A DNA stretch of 64,000 nt, taken from the NCBI GenBank assembly GCA_030018415.1, contig JASEGC010000001.1, positions 323,067 to 387,066 of the forward strand, in the 5' to 3' direction. Positions 1-11,142 of this stretch are shown here, piece after piece; the stretch's first letter is position 1, and each line of letters starts with the position of its first letter. Below the pieces are notes generated by a model that was given only the letters and a program-made list of their open reading frames with translations, made no database searches and was not told the DNA's origin. This stretch comes from Candidatus Aenigmatarchaeota archaeon (GTDB lineage: Archaea; Aenigmatarchaeota; Aenigmatarchaeia; CG10238-14). Both the position numbers and the translations under genes were made by a program.

Positions 1-223
1 TTATCAAAACTAAAAAGGATGAAATTATAAAGAAGTTTAGACCGAATCCAATCACTTTTAACAAAATACCTAACAAACCAATTATTACAAAAGAAAGAAA
101 AAAAGAGATAGAAATCGTCTCTAAAAAGCTTCTTTTTATTCTTAGAAGAATTGTCAAGAATAGGCCAGGAACAATGAAAATAAAGGGGATCAAGATCAAT
201 GTAACAATATAATTTGCAATCAT
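1..223 (-). CDS. Membrane protein, N-terminal part (runs off window start)
   Basis: ATG at 223, just after the GT4 stop; open hydrophobic frame MIANYIVTLILIPFIFIVPGLFL... to the window edge. Confidence 0.65.
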   Translation of the reverse strand, partial: MIANYIVTLILIPFIFIVPGLFLTILLRIKRSFLETISISFFLSFVIIGLLGILLKVIGFGLNFFIISSFLVLI

Positions 224-227
224 CTCA

Positions 228-1319
228 TCAACTTTCTATCAGTTTGATGTATTTTTCAGCAATTTTAGACCAGTCTAACTCCTTTTCAGCAAATCCCCCC
301 CCATTTTTCCCAAGAATTTTTCTTTTTTTAATATTTTCTGCTAAGTCTAACATTTTTTCGGTTAAATCTCTTTCATTCCCAGGCTCAAAAAGCAAACCAC
401 TATTGCTTTTTTTCACAACTTCACTCAAACCGCCCACATTTGATGCAATAATTGGTCTACCACAAGCCATAGCTTCTGCAATGACAATCGCAAAAGCTTC
501 TGAGTATTCTGAAGGAATTACTACTATATCTGAAGCTCTATAAATTTTTGGTAATTTTTTATGCTCCTTTTTACCGAGAAGCTTTACATTTGTAATTTTT
601 TCTGAACTAATAAGAGTTTTAATTTTCCTCTCCTCAGGCCCACTTCCGATAATCCATAACTCAAATCTCTCTGGGTTCAAATTTCTCATAGCTGCTAGTA
701 ATGTGTATACACCTTTCTTTTTCAGGAGTCCGCCGACGTATAAGAAAAAAATTTTTTCTTTTTCTTTAATTTTTGAAGGATAAAACAGTTTGGTATTCAC
801 ACCATTATAGATAACTTCGCTATCCAAACCTACTGTTTTTTTAACCTCTTTTTTCACAAAGTTGCTTATTGATACTATTTTGTCTGATGAACCAAACAAC
901 AAAGGATAATATAAAGGTTTTGTAAGTTCTCTCGGTCTACTTTGAAAGCAAAAAATGCTTTTGAATTTTTTTATTTTCTTTAACAGAAAAATTGAGTAAA
1001 TATCTGACCATTGACATGAAATTATAACATCAAAATTGAAATTCATCAAAAATGGGAATGATGAGATAGAAAGCGATGCTGATTCGATTAATGAACTGAT
1101 TTCCTCAAATGGTCTTCGCCCATATATCAATGATTCTCTCTTTATTATTGGAAATTTCAATAAATTAACTTTTATTTTTTTTCTTGGAGTTAAATTTTGC
1201 CCACAAATTAAATATACATCAAACCCTTTCTTTACGAATTCTCTACTAATATTTTCTGCCCAAATCTCTATTCCTCTAAATATTCTTCCATAACCAGAGC
1301 AGGGTATTAAAATTCTCAT
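228..1319 (-). CDS. Glycosyltransferase family 4
   Basis: VIYNGVN, YVGGLLKKKG and SEAFAIVIAEAMACG (EX7E) motifs. Confidence 0.92.
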   Translation of the reverse strand: MRILIPCSGYGRIFRGIEIWAENISREFVKKGFDVYLICGQNLTPRKKIKVNLLKFPIIKRESLIYGRRPFEEISSLIESASLSISSFPFLMNFNFDVIISCQWSDIYSIFLLKKIKKFKSIFCFQSRPRELTKPLYYPLLFGSSDKIVSISNFVKKEVKKTVGLDSEVIYNGVNTKLFYPSKIKEKEKIFFLYVGGLLKKKGVYTLLAAMRNLNPERFELWIIGSGPEERKIKTLISSEKITNVKLLGKKEHKKLPKIYRASDIVVIPSEYSEAFAIVIAEAMACGRPIIASNVGGLSEVVKKSNSGLLFEPGNERDLTEKMLDLAENIKKRKILGKNGGGFAEKELDWSKIAEKYIKLIES

Positions 1320-1326
1320 AATATTC

Positions 1327-2253
1327 CTACTTTATAATTCTTACGATTAAAAGCTCTGTAGAAACCCTTAGGATTTCTAGGATAAAAATTTTAACATGTC
1401 TGTAGATGTTGTAGCAGAAGTTCTTGAGTTTAACTTCCTTGTTCCTGAATCTATCACTTCTACTGCACAGAACATCTCCGAACACTCGTTTTTCAACTGA
1501 TATTACTGTCTCTGCTATACTACGCCTATGGTACTTCTCTTCATCGAATTCTTCGAGCATGAGTCTTCTGTACCTTCCCTTAACTCTTTTTCTTTTCCTT
1601 TCTCTAATCGGTATCATACTCTCTGCTCTGCATTCTTTTCTTGCAACCTTATGATTCTTCTCAGCATCGAATCCTTTGTCCATGCTGTAACCTCTTGGTT
1701 TCACGGCTCTATGACTTTTTCTTATCATAGAGACAGAATCCCTGTTGTCGTTCTTAGGACCCTTTCTCGTCCTCTGAGCAACTATGACTTGTTTTTCAGT
1801 ATCGACTGCTACTGAATTCTTCGTATAACCCTTTCTCTTCCTCTTCTTCTGTTTCTTGAGCTTCTTCGCGTAGTAAGCGCTCGCATGACTAGAGCTGTGT
1901 CCCGTACTGTCAATCGCTACCCAAGGATCTTTTATGTCGAATAGCTTTATACTCTCGTTGAAGATTCTGTCGAAGATGGATTAGCCAAGCCTCGCAAAGA
2001 ATTTCTGAATGGCTGAGAAATGTGGTATCCTCTTTAACTTCAAGATCTTTCTAACCTCGGACATCAACTCGAGGAGTTCAACAATTTCCCTGTACTTCAG
2101 CCTGAGCCTCTTCTTTATGCTGAGTATGCTTAGATGTTGATACTGAGTGTAGATGTGGTTCGAGAACTTGCATGAGTATGGAGGCAAAGACTTCTTGGCG
2201 ACTTTGATAACGGTCTTGACAAACTTTATAAGCTCATTTGACTTATTTTTCAT
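1327..2253 (-). pseudogene. DDE transposase with one in-frame TAA (1981-1983)
   Basis: ORFs 1981..2253 and 1327..1728 are in the same frame and the gap is open (AIDSTG); MDKGFDAE and YHRRSIAETV motifs. Confidence 0.85.
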
Positions 2254-2345
2254 AGGGGTTACACCTCGTTCCTTGTAAAAGGACGAACACCCCCAACTCC
2301 AATTAAAGATTAGTTATTGCAGAATTAAAGGGTTTCTACAAAGCT
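1352..2345 (-). mobile_element. IS5-family (ISH1-like) insertion sequence
   Basis: TIR AGCT(C/T)TGTAGAAACCCTT at both ends; 8-bp TSD CGATTAAA at 1344-1351 and 2346-2353. Confidence 0.88.
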
Positions 2346-2352
2346 CGATTAA

Positions 2353-2814
2353 ATGATATTTATGAAAGTATGTATAACTTGTAGTGCTGGAGGTCATTTA
2401 ATAGAATCCTTTAGGTTATTGCCAACAGTAAAAAAATATGATTTTTTCTATTTCACCTTTTTTGTGAAACATTTAAAAAAAACACTGAAAAAATATAGAG
2501 TTTATTTTACCATAAATCCAAAAAGAGGCCCGATAAAATTTCTAAAAGTAATATTCGATTCGATAAAGGTCTTGTTAAAGGAAAAACCAAACGTTATAAT
2601 ATCAACGGGTGCTGGTGTTACAGTACCTCTATGTCTGCTAGGTAAATTTTTCTTTAGGACAAAGTTGATTTATGTCGAGTGCTCTGCACAAGTTTATAAA
2701 CCATCTTATGCAGGTAGAGTGCTTTATTGGTTTGCAGACATGTTTTTTGTTCAATGGCCTTTTTTAGCTAAAGTATATGGAAAGAAAGCAGTGTATGGTG
2801 GATTATTAATATGA
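2353..2814 (+). CDS. Alg14/PssD/CpsF-like glycosyltransferase subunit
   Basis: CSAGGHL, ISTGAGV, IYVE and FFVQW motifs; probable start 2362. Confidence 0.88.
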   Translation: MIFMKVCITCSAGGHLIESFRLLPTVKKYDFFYFTFFVKHLKKTLKKYRVYFTINPKRGPIKFLKVIFDSIKVLLKEKPNVIISTGAGVTVPLCLLGKFFFRTKLIYVECSAQVYKPSYAGRVLYWFADMFFVQWPFLAKVYGKKAVYGGLLI

Positions 2815-3305
2815 TACTGGTAACTTGTGGAACTCATGAACAACCATTTAATAGGCTTCTAAAAAAAGTTGACGAACTTGTTCGATTTAAAAAAATAGGG
2901 GAGAAAGTCATTGCACAGGTTGGTTATTCAACATATATACCAAAAAACATCGAGTATTTTAGATTTGCTGATTTTAATGAGATGGAGAAGTTATTTGGCT
3001 CTGCTAACTTGATAATAACACATGGCGGAATTGGTTCGGTTTTACTAGCTATAAGAAAAAGAAAGAAGGTGATAGTGGTGCCAAGACTGAAAAAATTCAA
3101 TGAGCATTCTGATGACCACCAGGTGCAGGTAGTTAAGGAGCTGGAACGTCAAGACCTGATACTTGCAGTGTATGATATAGATAATTTGTATGATTCTATT
3201 GTTAAATCAAAAAAATTTTCATTACCAAAAAAATCCTTCGAGCAAAATATTATAGTTAATAAAATCAGGGAAGAATTGAATCGATGGGAGAAAATCAAAT
3301 GGTAA
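2811..3305 (+). CDS. Alg13/PssE/CpsG-like glycosyltransferase subunit (GT28 C-terminal type)
   Basis: ILVTCGTHEQPFNRL, ITHGGIGS, VPR and EHSDDHQ motifs; ATGA overlap with partner gene. Confidence 0.9.
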   Translation: MILVTCGTHEQPFNRLLKKVDELVRFKKIGEKVIAQVGYSTYIPKNIEYFRFADFNEMEKLFGSANLIITHGGIGSVLLAIRKRKKVIVVPRLKKFNEHSDDHQVQVVKELERQDLILAVYDIDNLYDSIVKSKKFSLPKKSFEQNIIVNKIREELNRWEKIKW

Positions 3306-4018
3306 GCGACAAGACAAGAGTAAAATTAGCAAAGCTACTGAATGTAGTACCAGCTTGGGGTTCTGCAATTGAGAGGAAGTACATAGTGTTTGATCTGTTG
3401 AACAAGAAAAAGAAGATGATTTTGGATATTGGCTGTGGGTGGGGAGATGTATCTAGGTTTCTATCAAGATTTGGTAAAAAAGCTGTTGCGGTCGACATAA
3501 TTAAAGAGAAAATCAAAACAGGAGACAATTTTTTCCATGTCCTAGCGAGTGCTGAACAATTGCCATTTAAGGATGGTTCATTTGACCAGATCTTATGCAT
3601 GGATGTGATAGAACACCTGAAAAACGACAGCATTGCAGCCTCTGAAATGGCACGAGTTCTAATAAAAAATGGCGAGGCAATAATTACAACACCATCAAAT
3701 TTTTGGAAATACCCTTATTGGGGATTTATGAGATATTTCACAACAGACGAGAAGACTTTCATCAAGCAGGCAGCGCATGTCAAGAAGGGCTACAGTTTGG
3801 AAGAGTTGAAAAGCCTGTTTAAAGGTTTTGAAGTCAAAGATTGTAAATTTTATATAAACAATGGATTTTCGGCATTTGCTTGTGACATAGAATTTTCTTA
3901 CCTCAGGGTATTGGAGAACCTAATGCTTAAGGCAATGGGACTATTTCTACTTCTTAATTTCAAATTGTCCTCAAAGGGCAGAGGAACTCATATAGGAGTC
4001 AATTTTGTTAAAAAATAA
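3284..4018 (+). CDS. Class I SAM-dependent methyltransferase
   Basis: ILDIGCGWG, LPFKDGSFD and VIEHL motifs. Confidence 0.85.
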   Translation: MGENQMVSDKTRVKLAKLLNVVPAWGSAIERKYIVFDLLNKKKKMILDIGCGWGDVSRFLSRFGKKAVAVDIIKEKIKTGDNFFHVLASAEQLPFKDGSFDQILCMDVIEHLKNDSIAASEMARVLIKNGEAIITTPSNFWKYPYWGFMRYFTTDEKTFIKQAAHVKKGYSLEELKSLFKGFEVKDCKFYINNGFSAFACDIEFSYLRVLENLMLKAMGLFLLLNFKLSSKGRGTHIGVNFVKK

Positions 4019-4019
4019 T

Positions 4020-5003
4020 TCAAAATCTTTTAAAATACGGAGGATTTACCATAAACCTTCTTATCTGCAATTCTGTTACCTTCCTTCCCCTTTGTACCTT
4101 TTTTCTTAATTTTAATACTCTTGGCAAATCCTTCATAGCGTCTTTTATTGCTTTTAGATTGACCAATGAACCTCTTGCAAGACCTCTTAAAATTGATAGC
4201 ACATTCCAAGTGATAATAAATGGCGAATAGAGTATTAAAGAACTTAGAGAAAAATTTTTAATTATCATCCAAAGCCAATTTCTGTGTGCATAGTAAGCTC
4301 CCCTTTCTGAATACTTTCCCATAGTTGTGCCAACTTCATGTTGAACTGTAACAGGAACATAAACGGATTTCCACCCCCTTAATCTCATCCTCCATCCCAA
4401 ATCAGCATCTTCATTGTAAATAAAAAATTCTGAATCTAACAAACCAACATCTTCTAATGTTTTTTTTCTGTACATACAGGCAACATTGTTCACTGCAAAA
4501 ACTTCTTCAACTTTATCATATTGGCCAATGTCTTTTTCTTTCCAACCTCGGTATCTCACTAGACCATCTTTAGAAGCTATAGTACCAGCAGCGTTGATTA
4601 TCTTTGGATTACGCATAAACACAAGTTTTGGACCAATAGCACCGATTTTTTCATCAGATTCAGCTATTTTTACCATTTCCATTAACCAATTTTTATTTGG
4701 TTTTGTGTCATTTGCTAAATTGCAGATGTACTTACCTTTAGCTACTCTCATTCCAACGTTGTTACCTTCTGCACAACCAAGATTTCTTCCATTTTCTATA
4801 ATTTTTACTTCTGGATAGTTCTTTTTTACAAATTTTACTGAGTTATCTGTAGAACCATTATCGGAAAGAATAACTTCAAAACTTGGATAGGTTTGATTAA
4901 AAACAGCATCTAAACAACGCTTAATAATTTTTTTACCATTCCAATTAAGAACTACTACAGAAACTAAAGGATGCTTACTTTTTAACTTAATATTATTCAC
5001 CAA
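4020..5003 (-). CDS. Glycosyltransferase family 2 (rhamnosyltransferase-like)
   Basis: VSVVVLNWNG, DNGSTD and YNEDADLGWR motifs. Confidence 0.9.
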   Translation of the reverse strand: MVNNIKLKSKHPLVSVVVLNWNGKKIIKRCLDAVFNQTYPSFEVILSDNGSTDNSVKFVKKNYPEVKIIENGRNLGCAEGNNVGMRVAKGKYICNLANDTKPNKNWLMEMVKIAESDEKIGAIGPKLVFMRNPKIINAAGTIASKDGLVRYRGWKEKDIGQYDKVEEVFAVNNVACMYRKKTLEDVGLLDSEFFIYNEDADLGWRMRLRGWKSVYVPVTVQHEVGTTMGKYSERGAYYAHRNWLWMIIKNFSLSSLILYSPFIITWNVLSILRGLARGSLVNLKAIKDAMKDLPRVLKLRKKVQRGRKVTELQIRRFMVNPPYFKRF

Positions 5004-5107
5004 TAAACTAACTATTATTTAGGTTTAATAACGGATATAATTATAGAAAAATGGAGATAGACAACCGAACCTAGAGATAAACAACTAATAGAGAACTTCT
5101 TTATTTT

Positions 5108-6790
5108 TTAGTGAGTAGTGTTTAATACAATAAAAGTTCCAATCTTGAAATTTGGGTATTTTTCAATGGCATAATTCAATTGGTTTGGCAAACCAGCTAA
5201 AATATACTCGTCTATTATGGCATATCTAACATTGTATTTCAAAATGGTATCTTCAAAGGCAGTAAAGTTTTTTACTATCATATGATGTCTACTCACACTA
5301 AAAAACGGTTGGTTAGAATAAATCGCAACATCTGGTGGGGAGATGATTGTTTCATCTGGGCTAACATTATTTTTGACGAATTTAACTGTTTCTTCCAAGC
5401 CATATGATCCGTAATCGTATATCGTATCAAAAGTAGCTAAGATATGAATGCCGTTGATGTAAATGGAAGTTGCTAACAGAAGTACAACTACATAAAAAGC
5501 CAAATGATTCTGATACTTCTTATTGAAAATAAATGACAAAAGTATAACCGGTGCGAAATAAATCGCGCTAACTAATGCGACATCTCCTAAATTGTAACCC
5601 AGTCTAGGTGTTATAGTAAATGGGTCTTTTAGGAGTGATGTATAGTAAATTATCAGAAGAAACAAAATCACAACACCAAGTAAACATTGCTTTAGTTTGA
5701 TAGGTCGAATTACACCAGATACCCAATAAGCTATTAAAATGGAAAATGGGGCTAGGAGTACGTAATGGTATCTAGGGTAACCGTACGGAGCTGATGGCAA
5801 GATAATTGTATATAGAATTAAAACAAGTAGCCCATAAATTAACAAAAAATAACATTCATCTCTCTTATGTTTTGAAAACAATTTAAAAAAGAAAAATAAA
5901 CTAGTAGTGTGTATTAACACAAAAAATGCTGGAGAGAGTCTAAATGATAAAATTTGCAATATATTCAGAATGTATAATGGTTTCAAAAAGAATGTGGACG
6001 ATACAGAAGCTTGCCACTTAAAGATACAATTAAAATCAAGGTTATACACTGTTGTAGCAACGTACCATATAGAAAGCATTATAAAAATTCCAATCAACGC
6101 TATCACTATCGAATATACAATACCAAGCTTGAATTTTCCTTTTAGAATGTAATATGATAAAACTACAGGTGGCAAAAGTATGGGTGTGGTTTCTTTTACA
6201 AGGAGGCTCAATCCGAACATTAAACCAAGACCCAACAAGTATTTATTTTTTAATCTAAGATCTTTTGACTTTTTTACAATCCAAATAAATAAAAACACGA
6301 AAGAGAGGAGTACAAAATTAAGTACGGTGTTATCATTTTCTATAAGTAATGAACCACTTACAGCAAATGGGGTAATTGTATAGAAGAATATACTAAGATA
6401 CGCAAGTGCCATATTCCTTTTTCCAAACAGCTCTTTTGTTATGAGATATACTAATACAAGAGAAAATATGTTAAATAAAAATGCGAATGACCTTATAGAA
6501 ATAAACGATAGACCAAAAATACGTGTATAAGCTGTTAATAACAAAAGCCATGTTGGTATATGCCATATTGGATAGCATTCTTTTAGGTTGAAATCTTCTC
6601 CACCTCGATATATATCAAGATATAATATACCCTTATTTAACCCATCCACAACTTTCATAAAAATAGCTTCATCTTTTACAGGTGGTTTATTAAGACCACT
6701 TATAACAAAAATCAAATATAGTACAACTGATATATATGCAAGAAGCTTTGACAAAATTTGCCATGGTATTTTCTTTGTCTTCATTTTCAT
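5108..6790 (-). CDS. GT-C fold (ArnT/PMT-like) membrane glycosyltransferase
   Basis: DE motif after TM1, HIP motif, many TM segments, C-terminal extracellular domain. Confidence 0.7.
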   Translation of the reverse strand: MKMKTKKIPWQILSKLLAYISVVLYLIFVISGLNKPPVKDEAIFMKVVDGLNKGILYLDIYRGGEDFNLKECYPIWHIPTWLLLLTAYTRIFGLSFISIRSFAFLFNIFSLVLVYLITKELFGKRNMALAYLSIFFYTITPFAVSGSLLIENDNTVLNFVLLSFVFLFIWIVKKSKDLRLKNKYLLGLGLMFGLSLLVKETTPILLPPVVLSYYILKGKFKLGIVYSIVIALIGIFIMLSIWYVATTVYNLDFNCIFKWQASVSSTFFLKPLYILNILQILSFRLSPAFFVLIHTTSLFFFFKLFSKHKRDECYFLLIYGLLVLILYTIILPSAPYGYPRYHYVLLAPFSILIAYWVSGVIRPIKLKQCLLGVVILFLLIIYYTSLLKDPFTITPRLGYNLGDVALVSAIYFAPVILLSFIFNKKYQNHLAFYVVVLLLATSIYINGIHILATFDTIYDYGSYGLEETVKFVKNNVSPDETIISPPDVAIYSNQPFFSVSRHHMIVKNFTAFEDTILKYNVRYAIIDEYILAGLPNQLNYAIEKYPNFKIGTFIVLNTTH

Positions 6791-6804
6791 GACATCCTAA
6801 GTAA

Positions 6805-7959
6805 CTAACTACTTAGACAAGTTTCGTACAATTCTATATACTTCTTAACTATAATCCCTAGATCGAACTTTTTTGATACAAGTTTCCAACAATTTTTTGT
6901 CATTTTCTTTCGCAATGACGAATCTTCGTATAATGTTTTCATGGCACTTGTCATTTCACTTATATCAGGATTTACTAGTAGGGCGACACTATTATCAACG
7001 AGATATTTCATCTCTCCATTGTTTGTACTTATTATAGGAGTTCCACATGCCAAAGATTCCATAATAGATATGCTTATACTAGGTTCATAGGCAAAATAAT
7101 GCAATGTGGCGTCAGAACTTCTATAGTAGTTAATTAGTTCGCTTCTTTTCACAGCACCTGCTAAAATTACATTATTTTGAATGTCTAGTTTTTTGATTAA
7201 TTTTCTTAGAACTACTTCACCACCACCAAAACCAACAATTATATATTTTGCATTGTTTGCGTACTTAAGAAATTTTTCAAAAGCTAGTATAGAGTTAATT
7301 AACCCCAAAGTATTAGACTTAGAAAATATTTTAACTGATAAAAAAAGGAAATCATTTTTTTCGATGTTAAATAGGGGCCTTATATTTTTAATTTTTTTAA
7401 AAGGGTTCATAGCTTCAGTATCAATACCACTAGGAATTATTTTGATTTTTTCATGATTAATTTCCCATTTGTAAAAGTAGTTTTTAGCTAGATGTGTACT
7501 CCATGAAACTAAGTAATCATAATTTAAATGTTCGATGAAAAATTTTTCTAGTCCGAAATGAATTTTAGAGTGCATGGTGAGACGATTGGGCAAAACCTCA
7601 TTAACTAGTACATATGGCGTTTTAAATTTTCTTTTACACTTCTCTGCGAAAATTCCTTCGAAAGTGTGTTGAGAATGAATTATATCAACATCTTTAATTA
7701 GGGATTCCTTGTTTAGAAGACGAATTGCAAATTCATAATTTGTAATTGGCATATTAGTTTTACAATTTACTCTATATACCTCTGCTCTACCAAATCTACT
7801 TTTTAATTGCTCATTTGAAATACCAACGGTTATGACTTTTATTTCGTCTATTGATTTTTCTTTTTCTAAATTTTTTATAAAAGCACCAGCATACACACTA
7901 CTTCCAGCTTCAGTTTTACTACTTCTAGTAAAAGACAAGCTTAAAAAACCAAGCCTCAT
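6805..7959 (-). CDS. Glycosyltransferase family 4
   Basis: IIPSGID and YEPSISISIMESLACGTPII motifs. Confidence 0.85.
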   Translation of the reverse strand: MRLGFLSLSFTRSSKTEAGSSVYAGAFIKNLEKEKSIDEIKVITVGISNEQLKSRFGRAEVYRVNCKTNMPITNYEFAIRLLNKESLIKDVDIIHSQHTFEGIFAEKCKRKFKTPYVLVNEVLPNRLTMHSKIHFGLEKFFIEHLNYDYLVSWSTHLAKNYFYKWEINHEKIKIIPSGIDTEAMNPFKKIKNIRPLFNIEKNDFLFLSVKIFSKSNTLGLINSILAFEKFLKYANNAKYIIVGFGGGEVVLRKLIKKLDIQNNVILAGAVKRSELINYYRSSDATLHYFAYEPSISISIMESLACGTPIISTNNGEMKYLVDNSVALLVNPDISEMTSAMKTLYEDSSLRKKMTKNCWKLVSKKFDLGIIVKKYIELYETCLSS

Positions 7960-8006
7960 AATTCTCTATTAAAAGGTTTATAGATAAAATTATAAATGAT
8001 GGTTAA

Positions 8007-8969
8007 ATGACCATACTCCTAACAGGTGGAGCAGGATTTATAGGCAGCCACTTAGCAGACAAATTGCTTGAATTAGGGTACAAGGTTTGTGTTATTGATA
8101 ATTTTGATCCATATTACGAACGAAGAATAAAAGAACACAATATCAAACACAATTTTGGAAATGAAAAATATATTTTCATTGAAGGTGATATAAGGGATAC
8201 AAATCTAGTTAAAGAAACTATAAAAAAGCATGAAATCGATAGAATTTTTCATATAGCAGCAAGGGCCGGTGTTAGATTTTCTGTCGAAGACCCGTACTCT
8301 TATCACAATATTAATGTTAATGGAACATTGAGTTTATTAAAGGCTTCTCTTGAAAGTAGGATAAAACGGATAGTTTTTTCTTCTAGCTCCTCTGTTTATG
8401 GAATTAAAGAATATTTACCCGTAGACGAAAATCATCCCACTAAACCAATATCACCTTACGGAGCAAGTAAAGTAGCATGTGAGGCATTTTGTAATTCTTT
8501 TATGCATGTTTTTGGTTTACCAATAGTTATTCTTCGATATTTTACAGTTTATGGACCTAGACAAAGGCCAGACATGGCAATTCATAAGTTTTTCAGACTA
8601 GCTTTTGAAGGAAAACCAATTCAGATATATGGGGATGGAAATCAGACGAGAGATTTTACTTTTGTTTCAGATATAATAAATGGAACAATTAAAGCAATGG
8701 AAAGTAATGTTGTTGGTACTTTTAATCTCGGAAGTGGCAAAAGAATTAGTATGAATGATTTGGTTAAAATAATCGAAGACGTTACAGGTAAGGAAATAAA
8801 AAAAGAGTACTTAGAAAGGCAGAAGGGAGATGTTCCTGATACTTGGGCTGATATTAGAAAAGCCAAAAGAGCATTTGGTTACCATCCCAGGGTAGAAATT
8901 AGAGACGGTATTAAAATATTTTATAGATGGTTTGAGGAAAATGTTGTCAGTAGTAATTCCAGCTTATAA
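8007..8969 (+). CDS. NAD-dependent nucleotide-sugar epimerase (UDP-glucuronate 4-epimerase-like)
   Basis: TGGAGFIG, AARAGVR, SSSSVYG, YGASK and GPRQRPDMA motifs. Confidence 0.92.
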   Translation: MTILLTGGAGFIGSHLADKLLELGYKVCVIDNFDPYYERRIKEHNIKHNFGNEKYIFIEGDIRDTNLVKETIKKHEIDRIFHIAARAGVRFSVEDPYSYHNINVNGTLSLLKASLESRIKRIVFSSSSSVYGIKEYLPVDENHPTKPISPYGASKVACEAFCNSFMHVFGLPIVILRYFTVYGPRQRPDMAIHKFFRLAFEGKPIQIYGDGNQTRDFTFVSDIINGTIKAMESNVVGTFNLGSGKRISMNDLVKIIEDVTGKEIKKEYLERQKGDVPDTWADIRKAKRAFGYHPRVEIRDGIKIFYRWFEENVVSSNSSL

Positions 8970-9870
8970 TGAAGAAGAAAATATTAAACTACTTTACGGT
9001 AAGCTAAAACAAGTGCTGGATAAATTAAAACAGAAGTACGAGATTATTTTTGTTGATGACGGAAGTGAAGATAAAACCTTTTCTGTTCTTAGTAAGTTAG
9101 CCAAATTAGATAGGAAATTAAGAATAATCAGATTTAAAAGAAATTTTGGTCAAAGTGCAGCCATATCCGCTGGATTTCAACATGCCAAAGGAAATATTAT
9201 TATAACTCTTGATGCTGATTTACAAAACGATCCTTCAGATATACCAAAATTACTTGAAAATTTAAGTAAAGGATATGATATTGTTTGTGGTTGGAGGAAA
9301 AAAAGAAAAGACCCATTTTTCACAAAAAAACTCCCATCAACATTTTCAAATTGGGTTGCCTCTAAATTAACGGGACTTAAAATTCATGATTTTGGTTGCA
9401 CATTAAGAGCATATAAAAAAGAAGTGGTAAAAGATATGGATGTTTATGGAGAAATGCACAGGTATATTCCAGCATTAGCTAGGTTAGATGGTTATTCTGT
9501 AACAGAGGTTGAGGTAAAACATCATTCAAGAAAGCGAGGAAAAACAAAATATAACATATTCAGAATTTTTAAAGGTTTGTCGGATTTAGTTACTTTAGTT
9601 TTTATTGAAAAATTTGGAACTAGACCGGGGCATATTTTTATCAGTGCTGGAGTACTATCAGGTTTTGTTGGTTTTCTTATTTTATCAGGTCTAATAATTC
9701 ATCAAAAAATTTATAATGTACCAACAATTGTAAGACCATTGCTTTATATTTCGATTATTATGATGTTTGGTGGTGTTCAGTTTGTGACTTTTGGTATTTT
9801 GAGCGAAATGATCACAAAGCTTAGATATGAAATAAAAGGCAAATTTTATAAAATTAAAGAAATTATATAA
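8932..9870 (+). CDS. GT2 polyprenol-phosphate glycosyltransferase (ArnC/DPM-like)
   Basis: VVIPAYNEE, DDGS, RNFGQSAA, DADLQND and GEMHRYIP motifs; two C-terminal TMs; probable start 8941. Confidence 0.9.
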   Translation: MRKMLSVVIPAYNEEENIKLLYGKLKQVLDKLKQKYEIIFVDDGSEDKTFSVLSKLAKLDRKLRIIRFKRNFGQSAAISAGFQHAKGNIIITLDADLQNDPSDIPKLLENLSKGYDIVCGWRKKRKDPFFTKKLPSTFSNWVASKLTGLKIHDFGCTLRAYKKEVVKDMDVYGEMHRYIPALARLDGYSVTEVEVKHHSRKRGKTKYNIFRIFKGLSDLVTLVFIEKFGTRPGHIFISAGVLSGFVGFLILSGLIIHQKIYNVPTIVRPLLYISIIMMFGGVQFVTFGILSEMITKLRYEIKGKFYKIKEII

Positions 9871-11125
9871 GTTTTGCACTTTTATAAAATTCTTCGTTTT
9901 CTGAGCCAAAATAATTATTGGTGATGAAAAATGTTTGCAAATTTGTCTATAATACCATCTCTGGCTAAATTCAGGTCTCTATTCACAAAGCCAAGCTTTA
10001 AACATGCTGTCAAATACATACATGGGCTGATAGCAGGAGAGAGGAAAAGAAAGAATGTCAAATCGATAAACGACATGTTTCTTGATAGGAAGGATCAAAG
10101 CTCGATGAACAGGTTCTTGACAAAGTACAGATGGGATGAGAATGAGCTCAACCACCGCAGGCTTAGAACTTTTCTCATAAGAAAAAATGGTGGTGTGTTG
10201 ATCGTTGATGATTCTTTGATCGAAAAGAGCGGTAAAAGAATGGAGGGTGTTGGTTTTTTATTTGATCATTCGAAGCACAAGAACATACTCTGTCACAACA
10301 TCGTATTTACTCATTATGTCAATGGTAATGAACAGATGCCCATGCATCTCGAGCCTTATCTCAAGAAAGAAGTTGTTAAGGATTTGGGAAAGAAATTCAA
10401 AACAAAGATAGAAATCGCAATCGAGCTGCTCAAGAAAGGACTGAACTACATCAATCCATCGGTCATACTGTTTGATGCATGGTATTTAGCCAAAAAACTG
10501 GTCAAATCGCTGAAAAAACCGTGGATTTCAAGGGTTAAGACCAATAGACTTGTTTGGCAGAAAGACAGCTGGATGCCTGTAAAGAAATTGGTTAGAGCCA
10601 TAGCAATAGAAAAGTTCAGGCCGGTGGACATAAAGATCTCCGATAAGAAATATCGTTGGATAACATCACTTACTATCAAGCTAAAAGGTATTGACAAAGT
10701 CAAACTGGTTGTACTGAAAAAGAAAATCAATTCGGTCAAAGCAATCGTTCTAGCTACCAATCTAGAATGGTCTGTCCAATCGATAGTAAAAACTTATAAG
10801 AAGAGGTTCTGCATAGATGTATTTTATAGGGACTGTAAACAGTATCTCGGCTTAGGAGAGTATCAACTAAGGAAGATACAGGGGATAGTTAAACACCTAT
10901 TCCCAGTGTTCCTGGCATACTCTCTGCTAAAGAGTCTGAAACAGTCCCTATCAGGGTTTGTTAAATCAAAGCTCAGAACAATAGGTCAGCTCTGCAGAGT
11001 GCTCAAACAAAAGATATTGAGCTACTTTGTTGGTTGGACGATAGGCCTGTTCCATAAGGTTGGGTCTGTAGATAAGGTTATAAACATAGTCATAGAATGT
11101 TTAAACTAAAAAGTACAAAAGTTAT
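9867..11125 (+). mobile_element. IS701/ISH3-like insertion sequence
   Basis: 17-bp imperfect TIR ATAAGTTTTGCACTTTT / AAAAGTACAAAAGTTAT; TSD AGAAATTAT at 9858-9866 and 11126-11134. Confidence 0.85.
9931..11109 (+). CDS. IS701-family DDE transposase
   Basis: LIVDDSLIEK, LFDAWY and YKKRFCIDVFYRDCKQYLGLGEYQLR motifs. Confidence 0.88.
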   Translation: MFANLSIIPSLAKFRSLFTKPSFKHAVKYIHGLIAGERKRKNVKSINDMFLDRKDQSSMNRFLTKYRWDENELNHRRLRTFLIRKNGGVLIVDDSLIEKSGKRMEGVGFLFDHSKHKNILCHNIVFTHYVNGNEQMPMHLEPYLKKEVVKDLGKKFKTKIEIAIELLKKGLNYINPSVILFDAWYLAKKLVKSLKKPWISRVKTNRLVWQKDSWMPVKKLVRAIAIEKFRPVDIKISDKKYRWITSLTIKLKGIDKVKLVVLKKKINSVKAIVLATNLEWSVQSIVKTYKKRFCIDVFYRDCKQYLGLGEYQLRKIQGIVKHLFPVFLAYSLLKSLKQSLSGFVKSKLRTIGQLCRVLKQKILSYFVGWTIGLFHKVGSVDKVINIVIECLN

Positions 11126-11142
11126 AGAAATTATAGATTAGT